Shown: positions 8,368-18,592 of the stretch, piece by piece
Numbering within the stretch: the first letter of the stretch is position 1
Layout: each line of letters starts with the position of its first letter
NCBI GenBank assembly: GCA_943358385.1
Contig: CALRGX010000006.1
Coordinates: 3,559-67,558 of the forward strand
Origin: Parcubacteria group bacterium
Lineage (GTDB): Bacteria; Patescibacteriota; Minisyncoccia; Phycocordibacterales; UBA2100
Length of the DNA: 64,000 bases
Direction: 5' to 3'
Notes under the pieces: model-generated
What the model was told of the DNA's origin: nothing
What the model saw: the letters and a program-made list of their open reading frames with translations, nothing else
Databases searched by the model: none
Translations under genes and position numbers: made by a program

Positions 8368-8442
8368 GGTGGACCCATGGAGATTCGAACTCCAGACCTT
8401 CCGCTTGCAAAGCGGTTGCTCTACCAACTGAGCTATGGGCCC
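8368..8442 (-). tRNA. tRNA-Ala (anticodon UGC).
   Basis: The reverse complement reads GGGCCCAUAGCUCAGUUGGUAGAGCAACCGCUUUGCAAGCGGAAGGUCUGGAGUUCGAAUCUCCAUGGGUCCACC. It has a cloverleaf with the G3:U70 Ala identity pair, an anticodon loop UUUGCAA, a GTTCGAATC T-loop and discriminator A. CC is encoded and the terminal A is not. Confidence 0.9.
8369..8387. repeat. Proximal copy of the 19-bp direct repeat, lying inside the 3' end of tRNA-Ala.
   Basis: It is identical to 5457..5475. Confidence 0.8.
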
Positions 8443-8528
8443 AACATAAAACTGCGCACAGAAAACCGAGTGGCAGTATACCAAGGCTTTCCAAAAAAGT
8501 GTAGGGTTCACCGTCCCCAGCAAAAATG

Positions 8529-9500
8529 CTAGAAACCACGCTGTGCAGTTACCACCAGGTGGTCTACGAACTGCGGCAAGGACGTACCAATTGCATTGAG
8601 TGCCTTTGGGATGAGCGATTCTGCAGTCATCCCAGGGAGTGCATTTGCCTCGAGGAAGTACACCTTACCGTTCCTACCAATGCGGAAGTCTGATCGCGAG
8701 TAATGTGCTAACCCGAGTGATTCGTGCGCGGTGCGGGCAGCATCTTCCAGCCGAGTCTTGAGATCATGCGAAAAGGTTGATGGGCACAATTCTCGCGTCG
8801 CCCCACTGTATTTTGCATCGTAGTCAAATAATGAATCGTTCGCCAAAATAATTTCGACGGGAGGCAGTGCATACAGGTCTTGTCCACGGAAATCCTCGAC
8901 GACCCCCACTGTTGCCTCTTGTCCCACAATGAACTCTTCCACCAGCACTGATTCGTGTGCCTCAAGCGCATCTGCAATTGCATGGGCGAGCTCCATGAAC
9001 GTCTTGGCGAGTGTAAGACCAACTGAGGAGCCACCAAAGGCCGGCTTGATGATGTAGGGCGGCGCAAATGTGGCAAACACCTGATCGGCCATGGCTGCAG
9101 CGTTGCAATCATTCGGTAGTGCAAAGAACAGGCCGCGTGGCACAGCAATTCCCTGCTCACGCAGGACTACTTTTGCACGGTTTTTGTGCATTGAAAGCGC
9201 AGCGCCAGATGCGCGCGAGCCGGTATACGGAATTCCCGAGCGCTCCAGAAATCGCTGCACAGTGCCGTCTTCGCCGTAGGTGCCGTGCAAACCATTAATG
9301 ACGACATCTACGCCCGTAAGTGCGCGCAGCGGGTCCATGGGTCGCCCATTTCTGTGCCAGGCGCCGTCACGCGCTATAAACAAATCGTGTGGATGGTAGC
9401 GCTCTTCATCGAGTGCCGCCAGAAACGAGGCACCAGTTTTCAGCGACACTTCATATTCTGGTGAGGGACCACCGCGCAACACGCCGACAACGGTTTTCAT
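8529..9500 (-). CDS. ddl: D-alanine--D-alanine ligase.
   Basis: It has the ATP-grasp Ddl layout (MKTVVGVLRGGPSPEYEVSL ... IIKPAFGGSSVGLT ... EEFIVGQEATVGVV ... YFLEANALPGMT). The start is set at MKTVV, 20 codons into the track ORF. Confidence 0.9.
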   Translation of the reverse strand: MKTVVGVLRGGPSPEYEVSLKTGASFLAALDEERYHPHDLFIARDGAWHRNGRPMDPLRALTGVDVVINGLHGTYGEDGTVQRFLERSGIPYTGSRASGAALSMHKNRAKVVLREQGIAVPRGLFFALPNDCNAAAMADQVFATFAPPYIIKPAFGGSSVGLTLAKTFMELAHAIADALEAHESVLVEEFIVGQEATVGVVEDFRGQDLYALPPVEIILANDSLFDYDAKYSGATRELCPSTFSHDLKTRLEDAARTAHESLGLAHYSRSDFRIGRNGKVYFLEANALPGMTAESLIPKALNAIGTSLPQFVDHLVVTAQRGF

Positions 9501-9560
9501 ACATCCAGTATAGCAAGCAAAAGCAGCAACCTGTTGTTGCTGTAAACAAATTCCTGCCAC

Positions 9561-10793
9561 CTATCCCAAGAGTGCACGTCGCATTTTTTTTCTATGGAAA
9601 CCAATGGCGAAGCGGTGCGATTCAGCGTTGGCAAGGAGAATTTCACGCTGATAAGCTTTCTTTTTTGTAGAATCACCAAGAATCTCCTTTGCTTTGTGGT
9701 ATTCGTCTTTGAGCACACTGACCACGGGGACGTTAATGCCCAATTTTTCCAAAGTGCGTATAGCCATCGCAAGCTGCCCTTTCCCACCATCAATTACTAC
9801 CAATTGTGGTAGGGTCCACTCGCTATGCGCAAAGCGTCTTTGGAGTATCTCCTGTAACGCTTTGGTGTCGTCGTTTCCCACTGTGTGTACGTTAAATTTG
9901 CGGTAGTCGGACAGCTTGGTCTCACCATGCTCAACTACAGTCATAACTCCAACGGTCGCTTTTCCTGCCAAATGCGCAATGTCGTATGCCTCAATACGTA
10001 CGGTGCCACTTTCACCACCCGCCGAGTGGAAATCTCCCTTAATCAGCGCAACATCACGAATGTGAGTAAGTGCGTACACTTGTTTGCGTAAGTGAGCGGC
10101 ACTCTCAAATGCTTCGTTTTTTGCTGCGGTTTGCATTGCCTTTTCTAGTTCCTTGAGTAGTGCGTTCTTCTTTCCACTAAAAAGGAGAATAATGTGCTTG
10201 ATGATTCGTGCATAGTCACCCTTACTACAAGATCCATCGCATACACCGGGGCACAAGCCGAGCTGCCGGTTGAAGCATGGCTTGGGAAACTTTTGTAGTG
10301 CGGCTATCTGGCATGCATCGCGAAAAGGAAATATTTTGCGCACGAGCTTCATCGCGACCTTCAAGGCACCACCTTCAGGGAATGGGCCGAATAGTTTTTT
10401 TATATCCTTTTCCTGCCAATTTTGAAAGAGTTCACGACCACGTACCACCAATACACGTGGATACTCTTCTTTGGTGATGACGAGATAGTTATAACTTTTG
10501 TTGTCCTTTTCGCGCGCGTTGTATGGCGGCTGGTGTTTTTTTATGAGGTTTGCCTCTAGAATAAGGGCTTCCAGTACTGAATCTGTCGCTTCCCACGTAA
10601 TGGTGTCGGCCTCTTCTACCATCACCCGAATACGAGCTCCACGAGTGCTGGTGAGGTCTTTTGAAAAGTAGCTACGCACTCTGTCTTTGAGAGAGGTGGC
10701 TTTCCCCACATACAGTAGTTTTCTTCCTTTAAGAAAGCGGTAGATACCAGGTGTATCTGGCAAGGCACATTGTTCAAATTGAGCGCGTTCCAT
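9561..10793 (-). CDS. uvrC: Excinuclease ABC subunit C, short form (about 410 aa) lacking the C-terminal (HhH)2 domain.
   Basis: The N-terminal GIY-YIG domain (GIYRF...LYVGKATSLKDRVRSYF...YN) is followed by a Cys motif (CPGVCDGSC), a UVR region (FESAAHLRKQVYAL) and the RNase H-like endonuclease domain (IEAYDIAHLAGKATVGVMTVV...LVVIDGGKGQL). The protein ends after that domain. The start is at MERAQFEQ. Confidence 0.85.
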   Translation of the reverse strand: MERAQFEQCALPDTPGIYRFLKGRKLLYVGKATSLKDRVRSYFSKDLTSTRGARIRVMVEEADTITWEATDSVLEALILEANLIKKHQPPYNAREKDNKSYNYLVITKEEYPRVLVVRGRELFQNWQEKDIKKLFGPFPEGGALKVAMKLVRKIFPFRDACQIAALQKFPKPCFNRQLGLCPGVCDGSCSKGDYARIIKHIILLFSGKKNALLKELEKAMQTAAKNEAFESAAHLRKQVYALTHIRDVALIKGDFHSAGGESGTVRIEAYDIAHLAGKATVGVMTVVEHGETKLSDYRKFNVHTVGNDDTKALQEILQRRFAHSEWTLPQLVVIDGGKGQLAMAIRTLEKLGINVPVVSVLKDEYHKAKEILGDSTKKKAYQREILLANAESHRFAIGFHRKKMRRALLG

Positions 10794-10862
10794 ACTGAGT
10801 GACCATATCAAATAAATGTGTATAGTGCATGCAGCTCCACACCTGATAAGGAAGAGACGGTC

Positions 10863-11225
10863 ATGCCTGAAGAACATAGCCGGCCACCCGGCGCACAGAA
10901 AAATGCCTGGTGGATAACGTCGCAGAATGACAATCAAGAAGGTCTGCCAGATTCTTTCCCATACTACCGTTGTCGAGCAGGTTTGGCACTTGTCGGTTAC
11001 CTACTCATCCAACTGCTAATCCTCATGTGCGCCACGTGGTACCAGACGGAGTTGGTGCGTATTGGACGTGAGATGCGTATTACGCCCATAGACACTCAGA
11101 TGACGTCCCTCGTGGTGACTGCGTTGTTTGCAGCAGCGGGTACCCTAATTGCCACGGTATGGGCGGCGTGGGTCCTTATAGGAAACGCCCGGTTACTGAA
11201 AAGCGTCTGTCGCGAATGGCGCTAA
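10863..11225 (+). CDS. Hypothetical membrane protein.
   Basis: The ORF has two hydrophobic segments. The start is chosen at MPEEH to avoid overlap with uvrC. A terminator hairpin follows. Confidence 0.4.
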   Translation: MPEEHSRPPGAQKNAWWITSQNDNQEGLPDSFPYYRCRAGLALVGYLLIQLLILMCATWYQTELVRIGREMRITPIDTQMTSLVVTALFAAAGTLIATVWAAWVLIGNARLLKSVCREWR

Positions 11226-11232
11226 GAAGAGA

Positions 11233-11261
11233 GAGGCGGCAAAGCAAAGCTTTGCCGCCTC
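11233..11261. terminator. Bidirectional terminator hairpin (GAGGCGGCAAAG ... CTTTGCCGCCTC).
   Basis: A 12-bp stem sits between the convergent genes 10863..11225 (+) and 11265..11654 (-). Confidence 0.5.
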
Positions 11262-11264
11262 TAC

Positions 11265-11654
11265 CTATGCCACCTTCGCAAAACGAAAGTGCGGGAGCTT
11301 GACTACGTCGCGATGTGCCTGAAGCACGTAGCTGGACAACATGCCCATATGCGTACGATCAAGTCGCAAGTGTCCCGTGAATTCTTGCTGCTCATATAGC
11401 CTCTGATCGAACTCGACCATGGCACTGTCCGAGCTATCGAGCGTACCGTCAGGTCGTGCGAAGTACAACGCTCTTGCATGCATGAAAATTGCGCGCTCAG
11501 TCGTGCGAGCAACTTCCGCAGCCAGTGCTATGCCGGCAAGCTGTCTTGCCGCGACCATCTCATTGCTTGGAACAATGAGACAAATACGAAAGACTATCCG
11601 GAGCTCATCGAGCAGTGTTTGGGAGTCAGCGGGTCGTACGAGTGCCATCGACAT
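11265..11654 (-). CDS. Hypothetical protein.
   Basis: The ORF has plausible coding composition. I recognised no family. Confidence 0.4.
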   Translation of the reverse strand: MSMALVRPADSQTLLDELRIVFRICLIVPSNEMVAARQLAGIALAAEVARTTERAIFMHARALYFARPDGTLDSSDSAMVEFDQRLYEQQEFTGHLRLDRTHMGMLSSYVLQAHRDVVKLPHFRFAKVA

Positions 11655-11758
11655 GACTACCTCCTCGGAGAACGTTTCTAGACCTTAATGGTAGCAGGAC
11701 GGCACGTATTTGTCTTGTGGACAGAGAAGCACCGCAGCATAGCTGCGGTGCTAAAGAT

Positions 11759-12067
11759 TCAGGTGACGGACGCAATATAGCGCTCAACGAACGGCGTTAC
11801 GTACTCGGGAAACCCTTGACGGGCTGCACCACAACGGAGCGCGTCGACTTCTATCATTTCATGCTCCCAACTGTCGATTGGCGCATCGCTTTTGGAATAA
11901 TGCGCACGATAGCAATGCGCGAAAGCCGCTTCAAGCGAGTGTACTTTGAGCTGCTTACATAGAGCGTACGCTGCTCGCGAAAATGCCTGGTTTGGCGTTG
12001 GTTGAGTCATGGCGGGTTCCTCTAGCTGACTATGGGCGAGCATAGCGACAACGAACAACACACGCAA
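11759..12067 (-). CDS. Hypothetical protein (possible N-terminal signal peptide).
   Basis: ORF only. It has a hydrophobic N-terminus MRVLFVVAMLAHS. Confidence 0.35.
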   Translation of the reverse strand: MRVLFVVAMLAHSQLEEPAMTQPTPNQAFSRAAYALCKQLKVHSLEAAFAHCYRAHYSKSDAPIDSWEHEMIEVDALRCGAARQGFPEYVTPFVERYIASVT

Positions 12068-12084
12068 GCGTAGCCTGTGGGAAA

Positions 12085-14691
12085 CTAGCGCTTCTTCAGA
12101 ATTTTTTGTAGGTACGAACCAGTTGCCGACTTACTGTTGTTAGCCACTTCCTCAGGCGTACCTTTTGCCACAATGTTGCCACCACCCGTGCCACCGGTAG
12201 GACCCATATCGATTATATAGTCGGAACACTTAATCAGATCGAGATTGTGTTCAATTACCACTACGGTGTTTCCTCGATCGACCAGTTTTTGCAATATTTC
12301 GATAAGCTTTCGGACGTCCTCGTAATGCAACCCGACTGTTGGCTCGTCTAAAAGGTACACCGTTTTGGTCATGTGCGGGCGATACAATTCGGATGCTATT
12401 TTTACGCGTTGCGCTTCACCCCCAGAAAGAGTGGTCGCACTCTGCCCGAGTTCCAAGTAGCCCAACCCCACATCAATTAGTGTTTGTAGGCGATCCGACA
12501 CTGCCGGAATATCGCGGAAAAATTCTTCCGCTTCTTCGATGGTCATGGAAAGGATGTCGTGAATACTTTTCTTCTTGTACTTCACCTCCAACGTTTCCTT
12601 CATGAATCGCTTCCCGTTACAGACATCGCAGGTCACGTAGACGGTAGGCAAGAAGTGCATTTCAACCGCAATCATGCCGTTGCCTTCACAAGATTCGCAG
12701 CGTCCTCCTTTTACGTTGAATGAGAATCTGCCAGGGCCCCATGCGCGGGCCTTTGCTTCTTCGGTGAGAGCGAACATGTCGCGGATATGCGTCCATGCCC
12801 CCGTGTAGGTTGCAGGATTACTGCGTGGTGTGCGGCCAATTGCCGACTGATCAATGAGGATGGTGCGGCCAAGGTAATCTAATGCTCCATCAAAGGTACC
12901 GACGTTGTACAGTTTTGCCGTCCGATAGCGGCGATCGAGCTTTGCACGCAGGTTCCGGTCAAGAATTTCATAAAGAAATGTAGATTTTCCCGAGCCTGAC
13001 ACACCTGTCACACAAACCAACTTTCCTAGTGGTAGATCAACATTGAGGTTTTTTATATTGAATTTGTTGGCGCCGCGGATTTTCAACTTCCCCTTGTCGT
13101 TGGTGCGGCGCTCCTCAGGTATCTCGATTGATTTTTCACCACGCAAATAGGCGAGTGTTTCTGAGCCGGATGTATTCTTCTTTGCAGTCAAAAGGTCCTC
13201 CAACCATCCAGAAGCGACGATATTGCCTCCGTGCACACCAGCACCGGGTCCAATATCAATAATGTAATCAGCAGCATAAATAGTGTCTTCGTCGTGCTCC
13301 ACCACAATCACGGTGTTTCCTAGGTCGCGCAGGTTCTTCAGCGTTTGGATCAATCGATCGTTGTCCCGTTGGTGCAAACCGATAGTTGGTTCATCCAGCA
13401 CATACAAGGCGCCAACCAATCCCGATCCGAGCTGTGAAGCAAGGCGAATGCGCTGCGCTTCGCCACCTGAGAGGGTGTTTGCACGGCGATCAAGAGTCAG
13501 ATACTCGATGCCCACATCAAGCATGAATTTCAAGCGGTTGGTGATTTCACGATTAATAGCTTGAGAAATTTCCTGCTCTTTTTTGCTGAGCTTCAATTTT
13601 TTGAAGAATTCGTCCGCGTCTTCGATAGACATGGACGCCACTTCGACAATATTCTTCCCTTCACCCTTCGGACCACCCATAAATACATTCAATGCTTCTG
13701 GCCGTAGTCGCGCTCCCAAGCACGCGTCGCACGGTTCATCACCAAACAAAAACTTGGTCCCGAGGCCGTTACAGGCTGGGCACGCTCCATACGGCGAGTT
13801 GAATGAGAAAAGGCGCGGTTCCACTTCAGGAAATGAAAACCCATCGTGCGGACACATAAATTTGCTCGAGGCGACACGGGTAGAACCATCAGGATTCTGC
13901 ACCTTCACTAATCCATCGCTTTCGTGAAGCGCTCGTTCAATAGCCTCGCTTGCACGCTCGCGTGAACCTTTCGGATCCGTCTCGAATTCGCTCACAAATA
14001 TTTCATCAACCACAATGTCGATGTGGTGCTTCTTGTTTTTGGAGAGCTCTACGCGCTCACGCAGTGATTTCACCTCGCCATCAATAATGGCTTTCTCGTA
14101 GCCTTTATTCAGCATGTCGTACAAAAGTTGGTAGTACTCACCTTTGCGACCGACTACAATCGGCGACAGGATACCCACTTTAGCCTGAGAAATCTCGGCC
14201 CCCATTACTTTCTTTTTTCCTGCCTTGCGTGCGTCCTCCACCATTCCCATCACTAGGGCTAGGATTTCTTCATTGCTGAGCTTACGCACCTCATGGTCAC
14301 AAGCCAAGCAGTATGGCTTTCCAACGCGAGCATACAAAACGCGTAGGTAGTCGTAAATCTCGGTAATAGTGGCAACCGTCGAACGTGGGTTGTTTGAGCG
14401 GCTCTTTTGGTCGATGGAAATGGCTGGCGAAAGGCCGGAAATTTCATCAACATCTGGCTTTTGCATTTTATTCAAGAATTGGCGGGCGTATGCCGAAAGA
14501 GACTCAACATATTTTCGCTGACCTTCTGCAAAAATAGTGTCAAACGCAAGCGATGACTTCCCAGAGCCAGAAAGCCCGGTGAATACGATAAGCTTGCCTC
14601 GCGGCATCTCTACCGAGACGTTCTTGAGGTTGTGGGTACGTGCACCCTTTACAATTATTTTTTCGTAGTCGTCTTTCTTTTGCATAGCCAT
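12085..14691 (-). CDS. uvrA: Excinuclease ABC subunit A.
   Basis: It has two ABC ATPase modules with Walker [13 protein letters not shown] and [17 protein letters not shown] signatures and zinc-finger Cys clusters. The start is at MAMQKK. Confidence 0.95.
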   Translation of the reverse strand: MAMQKKDDYEKIIVKGARTHNLKNVSVEMPRGKLIVFTGLSGSGKSSLAFDTIFAEGQRKYVESLSAYARQFLNKMQKPDVDEISGLSPAISIDQKSRSNNPRSTVATITEIYDYLRVLYARVGKPYCLACDHEVRKLSNEEILALVMGMVEDARKAGKKKVMGAEISQAKVGILSPIVVGRKGEYYQLLYDMLNKGYEKAIIDGEVKSLRERVELSKNKKHHIDIVVDEIFVSEFETDPKGSRERASEAIERALHESDGLVKVQNPDGSTRVASSKFMCPHDGFSFPEVEPRLFSFNSPYGACPACNGLGTKFLFGDEPCDACLGARLRPEALNVFMGGPKGEGKNIVEVASMSIEDADEFFKKLKLSKKEQEISQAINREITNRLKFMLDVGIEYLTLDRRANTLSGGEAQRIRLASQLGSGLVGALYVLDEPTIGLHQRDNDRLIQTLKNLRDLGNTVIVVEHDEDTIYAADYIIDIGPGAGVHGGNIVASGWLEDLLTAKKNTSGSETLAYLRGEKSIEIPEERRTNDKGKLKIRGANKFNIKNLNVDLPLGKLVCVTGVSGSGKSTFLYEILDRNLRAKLDRRYRTAKLYNVGTFDGALDYLGRTILIDQSAIGRTPRSNPATYTGAWTHIRDMFALTEEAKARAWGPGRFSFNVKGGRCESCEGNGMIAVEMHFLPTVYVTCDVCNGKRFMKETLEVKYKKKSIHDILSMTIEEAEEFFRDIPAVSDRLQTLIDVGLGYLELGQSATTLSGGEAQRVKIASELYRPHMTKTVYLLDEPTVGLHYEDVRKLIEILQKLVDRGNTVVVIEHNLDLIKCSDYIIDMGPTGGTGGGNIVAKGTPEEVANNSKSATGSYLQKILKKR

Positions 14692-14794
14692 CGCCCCCTC
14701 TGCATGCGCAAAGGGGTACATGGGGGCACTGTAACACAACGGAGAGTTCTATACACGTGGAAATACCACGCATTGTGTTTGCTATACTGCTCGC

Positions 14795-15997
14795 ATGGAG
14801 CACGCGTTTGATATGACCCACATCGCGTTAGTACTCTTCCTCGCTTTTCTAGGTGGCACTTTCATTAGCAAACTTCGCCTTCCTTCAATGGTGGGATACA
14901 TTCTGGCAGGTGCCTTGATCGGCCCAGGAATTTTGGGCCTGCAAGGACCGACTGCTGAAATTCAATGGCTTTCAGAATTGGGTATCATACTGCTGCTATT
15001 TCTATTGGGTCTTGAAATTGATATCGAACGTTTCCGCTCGTCGATGAAAACTGCTCTTGCCGCCACCTTGTGGCAGGTGGCACTTGGGCTTGCCCTCATG
15101 CTCCCTGTTGCCTTTTACTTCGGTTGGTCGCTTCCCCTCGGTTTAATTCTCGGTTTCCTCGTCGCTCTCTCGTCAACCGCTATCGCAATCGGGATGCTCA
15201 AAGACCTGGGCGCACAGGGTACACACACTGAGCGTTTGGCAACTGCCATCCTCGTGGCACAAGATATTTTGGTGGTGCCCATGCTGCTTTTGGTGGGAGC
15301 ATTCGGTGCAGGAACACCTGATGCCTGGGCGCTGGCACGTGTGGGATTTGCTCTTGCAGTGGTAGTGACGAGCATGTGGGCCATCTTTACCCTCTGCAGG
15401 AGCCCGTACTGGTGCGAGCGTTTTGGCCGTCTTTTAAGTATTGGTCGCAAGCAGCCAGTGATCGCAGGTCTCGCCTTTTGTTTCGGTGCCGCAGCACTTA
15501 CGGGCGCTCTTGGTCTTTCGACCGCATACGGAGCATTTATGCTTGGCGTTCTTATCGGCAACATGGGCGCAGCTGGTGCACCGTATCGTATCGCGATCGA
15601 GCCAATTCGCGACCTACTGCTGATGGTATTTTTCCTTTCTATCGGCCTCCTCCTGGATGTGTTCTTCATTATCGAACACTGGATCGAAATTGCCCTCCTG
15701 TTGGGTGCAGTCATTTTGGCGAAGACCATTTTGAATATCGTCATTCTACGTATGCTCCGAGTGACCGATTATCGCGCGTATACACTCGGCGCAGCATTGG
15801 CGCAGGTAGGAGAGTTTGGCTTTGTTTTGATTGCAGCTGGACTTTCTAGTGGATTCATCGATCGCGATGGCTACCAGCTGGCACTTGCAGTTATTGCACT
15901 CTCACTCGTCGTCTCTCCCTTGTGGCTCGGCATGGTGCGCAGCTATCTCGCCTACCGCCACATTTACCTCAGTGGCACCAAGCCTGACGTAGCGTAG
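14795..15997 (+). CDS. Cation:proton antiporter (CPA2 / Kef-type Na+/H+ exchanger family) membrane protein.
   Basis: The 400-aa ORF has about 12 TM segments with a typical CPA2 N-terminus (LGYILAGALIGPGILGL ... ELGIILLLFLLGLEID). Confidence 0.85.
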   Translation: MEHAFDMTHIALVLFLAFLGGTFISKLRLPSMVGYILAGALIGPGILGLQGPTAEIQWLSELGIILLLFLLGLEIDIERFRSSMKTALAATLWQVALGLALMLPVAFYFGWSLPLGLILGFLVALSSTAIAIGMLKDLGAQGTHTERLATAILVAQDILVVPMLLLVGAFGAGTPDAWALARVGFALAVVVTSMWAIFTLCRSPYWCERFGRLLSIGRKQPVIAGLAFCFGAAALTGALGLSTAYGAFMLGVLIGNMGAAGAPYRIAIEPIRDLLLMVFFLSIGLLLDVFFIIEHWIEIALLLGAVILAKTILNIVILRMLRVTDYRAYTLGAALAQVGEFGFVLIAAGLSSGFIDRDGYQLALAVIALSLVVSPLWLGMVRSYLAYRHIYLSGTKPDVA

Positions 15998-16003
15998 ATA
16001 TAG

Positions 16004-16032
16004 TCATAATATGAGGCCCACTAGCAACTGCT
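16004..16032 (+). terminator. Hairpin after the antiporter gene (GAGGCCC...GGGCCTC with an inner CTAGC stem).
   Basis: The inverted repeat lies 7 nt after the stop. No U-run follows. Confidence 0.4.
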
Positions 16033-16344
16033 AGCGGGCCTCTGTGCACACGCCGTGCACGGTACGGCGAGGCCGCAGTGATGCGGGCCACCGTAATCTG
16101 GCATTGGCGTGGTGCGCCGGTTCGCGCTCTTCACGCTAAGCACCCTCCCACGTGGTAGTCGCGCACATGCTTGTGAGGGCATGGGCCAAAACCACTGTGT
16201 TTGCCGACGACATCAAGAACCACCACCGCACTGGAGATGACACTTGCCTCATGACCGTACCATTTTTACGTGCGATCGCCAAGTTTTTGACATATGGCGT
16301 CTGTGTGTTAGTTTCAAACAAGCACTGAACCAGGAGGTTTTGAC

Positions 16345-17169
16345 ATGCTCACCCAAAGAAGCACGGCTGCCACTCTGCAGAATTGGACTCAATCGTATAT
16401 TGATGACGCTTCCGTTATTGCGGAAGTGGATGCCGTGGTCTACGACAACGTGGAACTGGCGCGTGCCGAGCTCGCTGATGTGGGCACGGCGCTCGAGGCA
16501 CTGGGCAAAACCATTGGCCCGCGTGTATTCGTACCTGCATGTGGCACCGGTCGGCACGTCTATCCGCTGGTACAAGCAGGACTCACCGTATATGCCGCAG
16601 ATTTCTCGCGTGAGTTTTTACGGCGGGCAGTCCTCAGAACCATGCGCATGACACCGTTGCCATCGTATTGCGTCTGGGACATCACCAAGCGCTTCCCACA
16701 CACCGAGGCATTCAACACGTGCCTCTTGCTAGGCGGTAGTTTTGGCTACAACGACGATGCCACCAATTTCAAGACACTCGCCGTTTTGCGGGAATCACTG
16801 AAAGATGATGGCGCACTCGTCCTTGATGTCACGGATCCGGTGTATGCAAGGCAGATGGCACAAAGGCGACCGTTCACCAGCGAATTTGTGGACACACCTT
16901 CGTATGGTCGGGTCCACGACGCACGTGATCGGTTTTGGAACGAAGAGACTCACCGCATGCAAAGTCGTAAACGGCACATCCAGATGCCGGGTGGCCGCAT
17001 TCTGTTGGACGTGGAGTACGACATCGCCATATACGAAGTTGAGTACCTGTGCGAACAGATACGTGCTGCGGGTTTCAGCGCAGTGCACGTGCAGCGCGCG
17101 TCAGGAAGTAGTGATGATGCATTGGGCCTCATGGCAGGACGCGTCGTCATCGCGGCCGCATGCGGCTAG
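16345..17169 (+). CDS. Class I SAM-dependent methyltransferase.
   Basis: A motif I-like VFVPACGTGRHV lies in a Rossmann-type layout. The RBS is aggagg 7 nt upstream of the ATG. Confidence 0.7.
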   Translation: MLTQRSTAATLQNWTQSYIDDASVIAEVDAVVYDNVELARAELADVGTALEALGKTIGPRVFVPACGTGRHVYPLVQAGLTVYAADFSREFLRRAVLRTMRMTPLPSYCVWDITKRFPHTEAFNTCLLLGGSFGYNDDATNFKTLAVLRESLKDDGALVLDVTDPVYARQMAQRRPFTSEFVDTPSYGRVHDARDRFWNEETHRMQSRKRHIQMPGGRILLDVEYDIAIYEVEYLCEQIRAAGFSAVHVQRASGSSDDALGLMAGRVVIAAACG

Positions 17170-17179
17170 CGTGACACAA

Positions 17180-17213
17180 GAGGAGCGCCCAGGCGCTCCT
17201 CTTTCTTTTCTTG
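17180..17213 (+). terminator. Rho-independent terminator (GAGGAGCGCC cag GGCGCTCCTC followed by TTTCTTTTCTT).
   Basis: A 10-bp GC stem with a U-rich tail lies 11 nt after the methyltransferase stop. Confidence 0.6.
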
Positions 17214-17244
17214 ACCCTTCTCACTTTTCACTCACCAGCACGGT

Positions 17245-18543
17245 GTGTTACGCTCAGAAAGTATGAAATTACAGGAAGTCATCGCCAAACACACGGCGCT
17301 TTTCCCCGAGGAATGGTACTTAACGCGTGGCAATGCATTGCTCCCCACGACTGAAGACGCGGATCCCTTCGCACAGCGATACATGGAGCATCTCTCGTAC
17401 TACGAAACACACCTTGCCCCACTTTTCACCGAACGGACGGCCAAGCAGGCTTTGAATATTGCATACCACTTGGCAAACGACGAGGCGCTCACCGAACAGG
17501 AGCGATTCGTAGCGCTGACACTTCTTGAGGAAGAGCCCTCTCAACCACCGTGCGTTGCACGGTACCTAGCGCAAACAGACCTACGTGCGTCACTTCTTGC
17601 GCACGACGCACGCTTTCTACCGCATAAAGGTTCCCTCCCCGCGCGAAAAATACGTGAAGCGCCCGCATCTTTTGATAATCCCATCCACGATTGGGAGAAC
17701 TGGTGCCAATACATGTACGGGTTTACTCCTCTCACGCTACATGGACTTGAAAGTGCGGCACACGAAACACGCACCACTCTCGCCAACATGCCGGAGAGTT
17801 CCATCCCTCCATTGCCGGGAGACATTGCACCAATCGCTCAACAATTGTCTGACATTCTTGGACGCGCGCTTGATATGCATGTTACGAATGCATCAATTGT
17901 TCCACTTCCGAATTATCTAAAGAGCATGATTCCGTCCGCGGCGGCGTACTCATTCGCGCGATTTGAAAACCCACGACGAGTCACCTTCCTGAACATGCAG
18001 GCACCCTGGACACTTCCCAGCTTAACGCTCCTCATGGCACACGAAACCTACGCGCACCTCTGGCACTTTGCTGAAGTGGATGCACACGCAACTCTCAGCC
18101 GTCGACTTCCCGCTATGTATCGCTACACGTGCACCGAAGGTGTAGCCCTGCTGGTGGAAGATCATGTGGCAACCCGAGCTGTTGAGGCACTCTCGCAAGA
18201 ACTTTCAATTTCATTTTCTATCGATGCGACCACTATAAAACATGCACTAGTACGGACTATGCTTTCAATGCGCCTGCGCCGGATTCTTCGTTCAATGTTC
18301 GAGCACTACGTGTATGCACTGAAGATGGAGCCGGCAGCAGCGATCGCGCGAGTGCTGCCACTTTCATTTGACTCAAACGACGATCTGAGTGAGGACCTAT
18401 ACGCCTATCTTCCTACGCCTGGCTATGCATCGACCTACTTCAATGGGTTCTCGATTCTAAAAAAAATGGGTGCATCACTCGACGACGCGTGGCGAAAAAG
18501 GATTGCTGATAGTGGTTTTGATATCCAGAGCTTGGCATCTTAG
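17245..18543 (+). CDS. Hypothetical protein (432 aa). It contains an HETYAH...E stretch that might be a zincin-like motif. The start may be the internal M at 17263.
   Basis: ORF only. The zincin-like resemblance rests on the motif alone. Confidence 0.5.
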   Translation: MLRSESMKLQEVIAKHTALFPEEWYLTRGNALLPTTEDADPFAQRYMEHLSYYETHLAPLFTERTAKQALNIAYHLANDEALTEQERFVALTLLEEEPSQPPCVARYLAQTDLRASLLAHDARFLPHKGSLPARKIREAPASFDNPIHDWENWCQYMYGFTPLTLHGLESAAHETRTTLANMPESSIPPLPGDIAPIAQQLSDILGRALDMHVTNASIVPLPNYLKSMIPSAAAYSFARFENPRRVTFLNMQAPWTLPSLTLLMAHETYAHLWHFAEVDAHATLSRRLPAMYRYTCTEGVALLVEDHVATRAVEALSQELSISFSIDATTIKHALVRTMLSMRLRRILRSMFEHYVYALKMEPAAAIARVLPLSFDSNDDLSEDLYAYLPTPGYASTYFNGFSILKKMGASLDDAWRKRIADSGFDIQSLAS

Positions 18544-18592
18544 GAATAGGTGAAGCCCGCAGCATTGCTGCGGGCTTCGATAGTGCTGAGCA

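Larger units (their letters stand above)
5476..8368 (-). mobile_element. Putative remnant of an integrated element or genomic islet inserted at the 3' end of tRNA-Ala. It is bounded by the 19-bp direct repeats and no integrase is present.
   Basis: The direct repeat of the tRNA 3' end lies in the orientation expected for tRNA-targeted integration. The enclosed gene 6091..8265 is visibly AT-richer than its neighbours (about 45% versus about 55%). The remaining ~600 bp is non-coding and hairpin-dense. No recombinase gene is found inside. Confidence 0.45.

Noticed and set aside
8243-8539. Several short ORFs overlapping the tRNA-Ala gene and its flanks on both strands
   Set aside because: The region encodes the tRNA and GC-rich hairpins. 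The ORFs have no coding support.
16136-16330. Possible 54-aa plus-strand small ORF (MLVRAWAKTTVFADDIKNHH...) in the long GC-rich leader upstream of the methyltransferase, and possible riboswitch
   Set aside because: It is below the ORF-track threshold and has no RBS or recognisable family. No riboswitch consensus was recognisable by eye. It is left as unannotated 5' leader.
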